NCBI GenBank assembly: GCA_038496445.1
Contig: JALMLS010000091.1
Span: 1-64,000, forward strand
DNA length: 64,000 nt
Source: Trichosphaerium sp. ATCC 40318
Taxonomy: Eukaryota; Protista; Tubulinea
Reading direction: 5' to 3'
Positions within the stretch are counted from its first letter, which is position 1, and each line of letters starts with the position of its first letter. This document shows positions 54,179 through 64,000 of the stretch, one piece after another. The position numbers and the translations under genes are program-made. The notes beneath the pieces were generated by a model, which saw only the letters and a program-made list of their open reading frames with translations, made no database searches and was not told the origin of the DNA.

Positions 54179-54469
54179 ATATGTTTCAAAGTTCATCTTT
54201 GTATGGACAAAAGAAACAAAACGCCAATCAAAACAAAAAAATCTCAGTCCCTTGTACCTAATATAAACCGAAATTTTAAAACAATCCCTTGTGGTTATCA
54301 TTTAAACTTGTAACGGGTTGTATCGTTTGAAATCTTTTCGAGGGAGTTGCGTATTGTGTTAGCGAAAACTGTGGTGAGAAGCTACGTTTGAGGCATATTT
54401 GATCCTACTTGACGTCATTTAACGCCTTTTGTGACTTAAAAGCAAACCGTAGAATTCCCGAAGGCTCTG

Positions 54470-57348
54470 ATGCTGTTGCTGTAGTTGTAATTGATTGTGA
54501 ACTATTGTACACTACACTCAAGTCGTATTTGTAGTAACATCGTAATTTCTATTTGATGGCAACTACAACAGCGCTACGCGCGCTGTCGCTGTATTTGATA
54601 GTTGGAATATGCGCTTACGCGGCTGTACCTTTAAATCCAGCTTGGATGAAAAGCGACAAAGCTTTCTTAGATAATATGATACTCTCTGGTGCGTATTTAA
54701 CCGCTTTTTCAGGCGTATTAAATGTAGTTTAGACTTGACACTGCCTGGAACCCATGACACAGGAACATACATGCTAGTACGAACGAGGTATCAAAGTATT
54801 CAAGTCTGACACTTTCTGAAAAGACAGAACGCCTTGAGGAAGGTATAGCTCCTAAATGGATACTGGACGTATATACAGCTCTAATAGACTTACGTACGGC
54901 TATTGAAATTAAATGGCATTTTTATTACGCTTTCTCCGTTGACACTTCGCGTTACTTTAACTACAGCCAAAACTAATCGCTTTGCTCAACTATAAAACAT
55001 TCTAAAGCTGGTAGATATCGCTGCACCTTATGACGTAATTAAAAAATGGTCTCATACGCAGTCTTATGACGTTTATGACCAATTACAAAGGGGTATACGT
55101 TTTCTAGATGTTAGAGTTTGTTGGGATGATAAAACATCCGAGTTTAGAACTCTTCATGGCTTGCTAGGCGATACAACTATTGTAAGATGATCAATTTTCT
55201 GTTTTTTTTTCTTCAACAAGCACGGCTACAAAAAACGTGCTTATTTGCGCCTATTGGTGTTTTGTTGATTAAGTGTTTAGAATATGTTAAAGAATATTAC
55301 TCAGTTCATGGATGAGAACACTGAAGAAGTCCTGGTGCGTTCTTTTTGGCAGACAACTTTTTTTCTTTTTTTTTTCAAAGACGTCCATCACAAAAAAGCG
55401 TCTGGAATTAACAATGAATAGGTGCTTCAGTTTGGAAATTTTGCGCAGTTTACACCTGATTTATACACGAAAGCTATCGAGTTGATAAAGGCGGAAATAG
55501 GTACTACAGAGACTGTATTAGCGTTTGTAAACTGAAAAAAAACTTTTTCTATTTTTTTGTCACAAGGGTACTTTTGTGGGGAATTACTTTGCGTATAAAT
55601 CATTGTTTTTAGTGGTGGATATGTGTTGATATTATAAAACGCAATAATAGCTGTTTCAACGCTTATCAAATCAAACACATGATCATGTGATTCACACGTT
55701 GAAGCAGAATAAAACCATTTTTTCTCTCTTCTACTTGGGTCTGTTGTTATTTATTCTTATGTTCTTTAGGTCCTTTGTTATGGTTGTCTGATACTGGGAG
55801 TCCATATGGGTTCGGAACATACAAAGAAATGGTAAAAACTTAGATAACAATCAATTGATGTTTTTTTTTGATTTCTTGTTAATCTCATACAATGTTCTTA
55901 GGTTTCTTCTAATAAGCGTATTGTCGCTTTCTTTGATGCATGTGATTATATCAATGGAGATCCATACTTTTTTTGTAGTCAGCTACTACCTAATCGATGG
56001 GCAAATAATGTACGGTAGCTATCTTTATTATGTAAAGAATTATGAATGAAGAAAAAAATAGGATAACTTTACAACAATGGAAGGGATTGTCTCTGACTCT
56101 GTTGTCGCTGATACAGGATACCCAAATGAAATATATAAACTCCAATGGGTACTAACAGGTAAATATACTTCCCTTTATTTACAGGATCCTTCTTCATCTC
56201 GCAAACTGATAAAAGGCGTAAAAAGAACACGTGGAAGTATGATGGCATGTTTTCACCCACAACATAATCTTCTTGCCTTGAGAGTCCGGATGCTGTACAG
56301 CGCGTCTGGCTGCAACTGAAAACTCAATTTGTTTGAAGTGTGGAGAGGACGACATTGTCGGCATACAAACCATGATTTTTGCCTGAAAGGAAACAACTTT
56401 TTTTTGGAACACGTGTTAATGTTTTTTGTTAAAATCTTTTTAGAGAATGCTGGATTGATTATTGAGAGTGTTTTCGATTTGGGAAAATATGATAGTCTTC
56501 GTGAGCTTAGCCGTGTTGCTAATTCTAATTTGAACAAGTTTATGGAACGCTATTCAGCGTACTCTATAAATTTAATCATGACAGATTTTTTCCAAGAAAC
56601 AGACTCTGTAGAGAGATCACGTATACTTAATCGTAGAATGTGTAATGATAATCCAAAATATCGTGCTCCTCTTGATGATACCAAAAACTGTAGATATTGG
56701 GTATCTAAGAATCTATGTAGCACAAACAAAACAATCGCCAAGTACGTTAAACTATTGTGTTGAGAGTTGACAAATTTATTTTTTACTTTTTTGTTTTTTT
56801 TTCGAAGCTTGTTGTTTACGCTCAAAGATCAATCAACTTGTGATTTTTTTTCTTGTCTTCAAATATCGTGTACTACGTGTAGTTGTAATAATGATATTTT
56901 ACTAAAATTGGAGAGTGCTTCGAGACTCAAAGCTTTTTTTTGAGATTTTTTTTTTTGAGATTCTCTAACTTTTCTTTTTCATTAGTTTGTGTCCACGTTC
57001 TTGTGGGTTGTGTAAAATAAATCCTGGAGAACCTGGAAGTGCGTGTACTAAGAATGATACTTGCTATTACAAGAAATGTCAAACATCAAAGCAGATTTGT
57101 CTCGTTGAGTTTCCAAGAAACGATGGTAAATCTTGTTTTCTTTCTTATTCTTTTCTTATTTTTTTTTCTTTAAAGGTGACCCTTGTGGATCTGCGTATCA
57201 ATGCAAAAGTGGCATATGCTCTTCATTCACTTGTGGTAATGGTAAAACAGTCAGTGAAACACCTTCATGGGTAGTTAAAAACCCAACAAAAGAGCAACAG
57301 ACAAAACTCAAATACTACCTAAATAAGTTTTCGGTAAAGAGCCATTAA
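54470..57348 (+). CDS. Secreted PI-PLC X-domain protein with ShK-like and Cys-rich C-terminal modules, multi-exon
   Basis: LPGTHDTGTY, TQSYDVYDQLQRGIRFLDVRV and CND....CRYW...LC......CPRSCGLC. Confidence 0.8.
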
Positions 57349-57496
57349 TGCTTCTGAACTTGTCCTAATAAAGCAATATTATATATAACCGTATCACAAT
57401 ATGATACAGAAATTGCAGATGTACTGCTATTTATTTACAATGCACTTGCTGGAGACATTAGAGAATTTCTTCCTAAATTACATGTTAAGAAACAAC

Positions 57497-59785
57497 TCAA
57501 AAAAAAAAGGAAGTAGTACCTTCATCTACCTTAGCGTTCAGAATTGGCAATACACCTTCTCTACACTGAAGAGGTAGTGATGGATAATGATATAAAAGAG
57601 TTGAAATTAATGATTCCGTATCACCTGGCCACCAATAAGGTATAGGAACGAGCACTATACCTAAAACAAAAAGTGTTTCAGTTTTGTTTTGTATTTCATT
57701 ATGACCAAATTCTTTTACCTGACATGGCGCATGCGTGACTCTTTTCAGCATCTCGTGTTTCAAACGTTTTAGAGTCAGAAAATCCTGGTCTACTATGGTA
57801 ATGATGTTCTCCTTAAATCAAGGTAAGCAGACATCAAAGGACAACAACAAAAATAATAATCATTTTTGGTTTTATACCTTGATACTCAATCGCAAGGTTA
57901 TATTTAGGTACAAATATATCAACGGTCATCTCTTGAATCCATGATGTATAGTTCCTTAGGCCAACTATATGTTCTTGTGTAACCTCACAGTTTGGAAATA
58001 TTAACTTTATTCTCTCCAGTAGCTGCCTAAACGTAAAATTATTTCAGACTGTTTTTTTTGATCCTTTTTTTTTTTCAAGTGACTTACTTTTGGTTTGCTT
58101 TTTTACTGATTGAAAATAATCTCCAGTTAAAATCATACGTGGGATAAAACTCCTTAAGTATGTGTGGAAAGTGATTAGATATTCCTGCTGCACCCAATGA
58201 AGCCAATTGCTCGTTTGAGACAGAATACCAAGAAACAAAAAATCAGAAAAAAAAAATACAGCAACTTGACGATGCCTCTCTTGCAAACTTATTCAAGAAA
58301 ATTGTATATTATAGATCGTACCAGTTACTAGGGTGTTGAATATTTAATTTTGAACTTGCTGTTTGCAAGAATTTGATCTGATTACTCCTCTTTAGCCAAT
58401 GTCCTTTAGGTGAATCACTAATATGTCATTAAGGTTTTTTTTTCAAAACAAAGGTTAGTCTTTGCATACGTAGTAAACGCTCTACGATACCACGTTTTAT
58501 CAGGAAATAAATAAACTAACATCTCAGAAACACCGCCGCACCTACAAGAATAAATCAGGTAACCTGAGAATTAAACAAGGATAGAACTCTTTCATAGATA
58601 AAAATATCCAAAAAAAAAAAAACCAGAAAGTGGAACTTTTATTTGGTTGTTTTGGGTTATCTGTGATTGGCGTACTTTTTTAGTAGAGTGTCTAATCCTG
58701 CTCGTCTAAGCTTTAAATAGTGTGAGTTTTCAACATCCAATAATGTTTTAAGGTTGAGATTCTCTGCTGTAGTGTTAAGTTCATTTAGCATATTTTCGCG
58801 AGAATTCCAATATTGGTGATGCCTAGCATTGCATTAGTTTAAGTTTGTATACAAAATGAACGCTATCACAGCGCCTCAAATATAATTGATACAATCTAAG
58901 CCGATAATTTAAAGTTTCTAGTATATGCACATACCAAAGAAACCGCAGAGTTTCAATCAAAAAAGAATTGCAATGTCAAGTAAAAACAAAATAAGTTCAA
59001 GAGACAACTTACTTGCTGAATCGCCTCACATCCCAGGGATAATCAGGATAAAGATTCATCAATGTCCAGAATAGAGATTTATCATATCTAGAAATACATA
59101 ATGAGTGCCATTGATTTATAATGTCAACAACAAAAATGACAAAAAAAAGTTGTCAACTCACTTGAACATTACATTTCTTCCACCAACTTCATAAAAATCT
59201 TGCCATGCAATATCATACCAGTCACTAAATACCATAACCTCTAGTATCTCTGCAATATCTTGCATGCGTTGATGATGGTTTTTTGAGTCTTTCCAATACG
59301 CAGGACCCTCTTTCCTCCCAGAATGAGCAAAAAACTTTTTTTTTGAATTTTGAACGCAAAAAAACCACCACAGCTCGTGGTCTGTTGAACTAGAACTTAC
59401 TTAAATCTCTGTGGAGATACCGCTGCATTAGTGGAATGCTTCAGGGCCCTGTATAGTTCAAAATATCTACACTGGGTCAGTTTTTTAAATAAACGTTTAA
59501 TGTTACTTCAATTTGATGTTATGTGTTGCTGCTGTGCGTTGGTAATCCTCTTTAGCGATTTCATACCACTCATTAACTGTTTTAATCTTCAGTATCCGCG
59601 TTATTACCAGAAATTGACCTTGTTGGTACGTTGTGGTAATTCTACGCTTCCCTGAAGCGAGTTACGCAAAATGTTACAGAATAGTAAAGAGTAGTGTAAA
59701 AATTGTCATTTTACACGTATAGGGTACCATTAGGCGTTATTGGCGGATGTTTTGCACTAGCTCGTGATAAAACTCTTCCAAACAT
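57497..59785 (-). CDS. Helical-repeat protein with RAP-like C-terminus, possibly mitochondrion-targeted, multi-exon
   Basis: Repeats YWKDSKNHHQRMQDIAEILEVMVFSDWYDI..FYEVGG, YWNSRENMLNELN..L and LKIKTVNEWYEI. C-terminal GIVLVPIPYWW. N-terminal MFGRVLSRASAK. Confidence 0.55.
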
Positions 59786-60081
59786 CCTTTGGTGTTGTAT
59801 TGCGCATTAAAACGATGAACAGCACCCACAGGCAAATGTAATAATCAAATAGACAAATGTTTTAACGCTTAACTAGTTGCTCACGTGCAACAAAGCAAAA
59901 AGACAAGATAACATATTTACTGCGCATCCGTCCATGTTCTTAAATATTGTTGCTTCACACTGACCCATGACAAGTGTGTGATACATAACGTGGTAATCTC
60001 ACTTCCTAAAACAAGGGAGTTGAATCTCAGAGAGACGATATTAATACAGTTGTTTCTTTCTATGTTATTATTTTATTATTT

Positions 60082-61092
60082 CTACAGTACAACAAAATAT
60101 GCATCTTGTAAGGTATCCACATCTTCAATACTAGTCACAGCAGTATCACATAAGAAAATTGTATGAACACCAACCAAAGGTTCAATACCTTTGTTTGAAA
60201 TACTTGTTCGACAAAGGTCGATAAGATGAACACCAACTAACGAAGCTACTCCCTCATCAGTCACAGCAGTATCCTCAAGGACAATGCTATGCACTCCTGC
60301 CAAGGCTTGGACGCCTTCATCAGTGACACTAGTGTTTCCTAAGTCAATGGAGTGAACACCAGCCAAGGCCTTAACACCATTATCTGTTACCGAAGTATAA
60401 GCGAGGTCTATTGTATGTACACCCGCTAACGGGATCACACCATCATCAGATACAGTAGTATTCATAAGTTTTATAGTATGGACACCTGCCAACGCCTTGA
60501 TGCCTTCATCGGTGATATTCGTATCTGACAAGTCGATTATTTTGACACCCGCAAGTGATGCTACTCCCTCATTTGTAATGTGCGTACACTCGAAGAGATC
60601 AATGTTTCTAACACCACTGAAGCGAAAGAGGTGCTTATCTAGTATAAACGCACGAAAATCGCAAGTGCGAATTTTGGTGTTCCGCAGAAGAGGGCTATTT
60701 TTAAGAGCTCTGATATGGCGTTTCGACGTAATAGATATCGTTTTAAGGCCCACGTATGTGTGTACAACGTTTCGTAAGCGCCAGCAAGTTATCGCCGTTG
60801 AAGCATTTGAAACGCAAAAGCGGAGGATCCTGGCTAGTACATCGTCTTCTAAATGGTCTAAAAACGGTACAGGAGCTCTATATAATAAATTAAGTTGCTA
60901 ATTAGCGTATAATAGCGAAATTTCGCTATGAGGGTATACGCACTCCGGATACTCATCCATTGCTTCATAATTTAACCTTGGGAATGCGTGCCGGTACAAC
61001 TTTGAATTGAAATCTTTTGACCTTCTTTTTTTCGTTGGGCTGCAAGAATCTGAGGAGTAGATACTTGCGTATTGAGCGCTGGAGTATGACAT
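60082..61092 (-). CDS. F-box-like + LRR protein (intact paralogue of 19789-20892), one short intron
   Basis: FLDHLEDDVLARILRF and GVHSIDLxxTxVTDEGVxALA repeats. Putative 42-nt intron near 60898-60939. Confidence 0.75.
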
Positions 61093-61399
61093 TTGCGTTG
61101 AAAGAGAAATCGATACTCGTACGATCGAAACAATTCGGTTCGGGCACCAAACGTCTCAGAGATACGATATTATTATTGTCAAAGTAAGGTTAGTTGCACA
61201 CCTGTTGATTGATAAACTAAATGAAGTTCTGATACTGGCTTAAAACATTTCGATCATCAGTGAAAACAGTAGTAATCAATCATGATTGACATTTTTTTTT
61301 GATTTCGGCGGTTTTTTTACAGCTGAGAAAAAAGTTGACATTTGTTAAATTATCAAACGACACAAGTCACAACATATAAAACACTCGTGGATATCTATA

Positions 61400-62572
61400 A
61401 ACTACATCATGCAAAAGCGCAGAGCAATATCATTTCCACAACGTATGTTTTAGTTGTGTTTAAACGATGCAACTCTAACTTTGTTTTAGCAAATTGCAAT
61501 AATCTCTTACTCCTTCCAACGGATATGCAAACACTCATTAGTACCCAGGATAGCGAAATTTTCGCATTATGGTGCGTTTGCAATCAAGAAATTTCAATCA
61601 AAAGAAAAAAGCAAAACACTTCAATCAAATTTTTTTTTCAATCTGTTCCCCAAAAAAAAAACCAGTCTGACAGAAAACTCAGGCACATGCTTTCTAAAAC
61701 AGCAGCCACACGCACACGTTATAACAATAGAATGGAAAAACACGGAACTTGGTACACGTGGTACGTAATAATGAATCCACTTTTGTATCTTTCAACTAAT
61801 GACTTCCTGTAGGCACGAAAACGGAAAGAAGCATATTGTAGACAACTTCGCTTCTGGGTTGCGACACGGCAAACAAACTGAATACAACGAAAAAGGGCAT
61901 AAAATAGCTGAAACGTTCTTTTGTTTCGGTTTAGAACAAGGTCAATGTAGCCGTTGGTACTCAAATGGTAGACTACTTCTTCGGGGTGTTAAAGTCAACG
62001 GAGAGTTTGAAGGAGAGTACAAAGAATGGCACTCAAACGGTGTATTATCAAGACACTGTACAAAACGCAGAGGTCTCTCAGAAGGACCAGAAATAACATG
62101 GCACGAAAGTGATATCATTAAATCAAAGTGTCAAATGAAATCTGGTAAGAAAGACGGAGAATATCTTGAGTGGCACAGAAATGGTGTATTGAAATCTAAG
62201 TATACAACCATAAATGGTTTAATACAAGGTCCTTGCATGTGTTTTTATGAAAACGGTAAAACACAAGCAATATTTGACGTGGTTGATGATGAGGCACATG
62301 GAGATTATAAGGAGTTTTACGAGTCTGGTCAGCTCTCAGCACACTGGACAATGGTCCGTGATAATGCCACTGGAGAAAACAGACAATACCATGCAAATGG
62401 ACGTCTTCAAATCCACAGTATGTTCATTGATGGATATGAAAATGGATCTTACAAAGAGTATCATGATAACGGTGAGTTATGTCTTTCAGGAATAATGAAG
62501 AATGGTGAATACGTTGGTACTTTGAGTTCTTTTAATCGTAATGGGGAGTTTGTGTATGCAACAGAAATGTGA
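61400..62572 (+). CDS. MORN-variant (YwqK-like) repeat protein, possible F-box-like N-terminus
   Basis: Repeated GEYKEWHxNGxL in ORF 61799-62572, with upstream LLLLPTDMQTLI. 5' structure uncertain. Confidence 0.75.
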
Positions 62573-62852
62573 AACAGAAAAACAAGTCAAAAAATTAATA
62601 CAAAATAAATAACTGTTAATTTCTAAAGTCGTGTCATATTCCTTTTGCAACTCCACTATTCCAACATAACGGCATGCTGTAACTGTTGTTTTTTCAGCAA
62701 TCCCATCTCCATAGGCCCTTGTGGTCTAGAGGAAGGGTGTCTAAACCAACTATTCTCATTATCTTTAAATACTGTTTTATTAGTAGAATAACGTGTAAGA
62801 TTGTTCTTGTGAATAGGCAAGTAGAACGTAAGAGGTTTTTTATTTGTTGTTC

Positions 62853-64000
62853 TTATTTTATCATCTGTACGATACCAAAAGTACCAGAATAATACCAATC
62901 TTTTGATTTTTCTTCAAGTTCCTTTACTTGATCTTCTGTTAAACCAGATACAGTCTCTGACTTTAAAGTTCTTATCATAACAACAGGCATATCTAAGGGG
63001 GAGTATTATTAAACAATACTGTATGCACATTGCCAGTAAAAAAACAAAACGAAAGAAAAACTAAATAGGTACCAAAATAATGAGCAATATCTTGTGTTGG
63101 TCTTGTGAACGACCACCGCAAGTCTCCATGTACTCTTCTTGCGTTAGCATCACCTGATATTTAGAGTTAATCACATACTAAAAATATCATAGTTAAAATC
63201 GTGCCCTTTATAATCACTAATTTGGATGAACTCAACTCTTTGCTTAGTTTTTCTGGTATAACAGAAAACGCAGCAAAATCATTCCTAAATAAGAGTAAAC
63301 AACACAGTTTAAAAGATACCAAAATAAGCACGGCAATAACCTCAATAGAACCAGTAGACAATGATAACCAGCAGTAGTGTTTTGTCAAAACTTGTGAAAA
63401 AAAAAAATTACCACAATATTATTCCTTGAAACGTACCAGTATACATCGCTAGTTAATTTCCATGAACCCTTTTTAAGTAGATCTCTCCAGTGAGTAACTA
63501 AGTCTTTACATTTACCCTTCTCCAAATGAGAAAAAGTCCATTCAACATCTTTAATCAGAGCATCAGAAACAAACCTGAAAAAAAAACAGTTAGTACATCA
63601 TTCGTATCAAAGTTAAAAACTACTGTACACTGGATAATCCTTCAAATGGAATACTACATTCTCGGCCATTCCAAAGTGAACTAGTAAAGTACCAAGGCAA
63701 AGGTCACAGACAACCTCAAGACCAGCGTTATCACAAATGAAGTCAACTCTTTTTTTGTCACTCTTGACGCTACACAAAAAACGTTTTAACACAAATCTGG
63801 ACTCCTTTACGATTATTCTTTTACCTCAAGTATTCATAAATCTCTTTTGAGTTATCAATAAGGATATTATCTTGGTCTTTTTCAAGAGAAAAAGAAAGTT
63901 CATCAGTTGTTAATCCACTAGGACTTTTACTCAAATCAGCTCTATTTCCCCATAAATTCATGTATAAAGCTAAATACACGAGTTAATTATTTGACTACAT
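62853..64000 (-). CDS. ARMT1-like / DUF89 damage-control phosphatase (5' end outside window)
   Basis: VDFICDNAGLEVVCDL, FHLKDYPVFVSDA, KGDANARRV and IRTLKSE. Confidence 0.88.

Overview
The window has two parts joined at about 16255/16256. Bases 1-16255 are AT-rich mitochondrial-type DNA that uses TGA=Trp. It carries nad2, nad4, an acidic orphan ORF, probable rps2/rps4-like regions, nad3, nad6, rps19 and rps3, followed by a 2.3-kb inverted copy of nad3-rps3. The conserved mitochondrial genes are 'cryptogenes': roughly one nucleotide is missing every ~30 nt. Every conserved motif I could test is restored by a single-base insertion, nearly always compatible with G and at several invariant Gly/Ala codons requiring G. 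Neighbouring homopolymer-rich ORFs stay in frame for 1-2 kb, which argues against sequencing error and points to extensive G-insertion RNA editing. The same segment has many long perfect palindromes (some in frame inside ORFs, often flanked by AAGGTT) and a duplicated ~115-nt structured element. Bases 16256-64000 are compact, short-intron nuclear DNA of a protist, probably an amoebozoan. Genes include an EGF-multipass membrane protein, F-box/LRR genes, RasGEF, a DDX27-like helicase, a MYRF-like S74 self-cleaving membrane factor, penta-EF-hand, PfkB kinase, G-alpha, hybrid histidine kinase, PIG-T, two PI-PLC-X-like proteins, RPLP1, a putative mitochondrion-targeted helical-repeat/RAP-like protein, a MORN-repeat protein and an ARMT1/DUF89 protein. 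All assignments are by eye, and exon boundaries are approximate.
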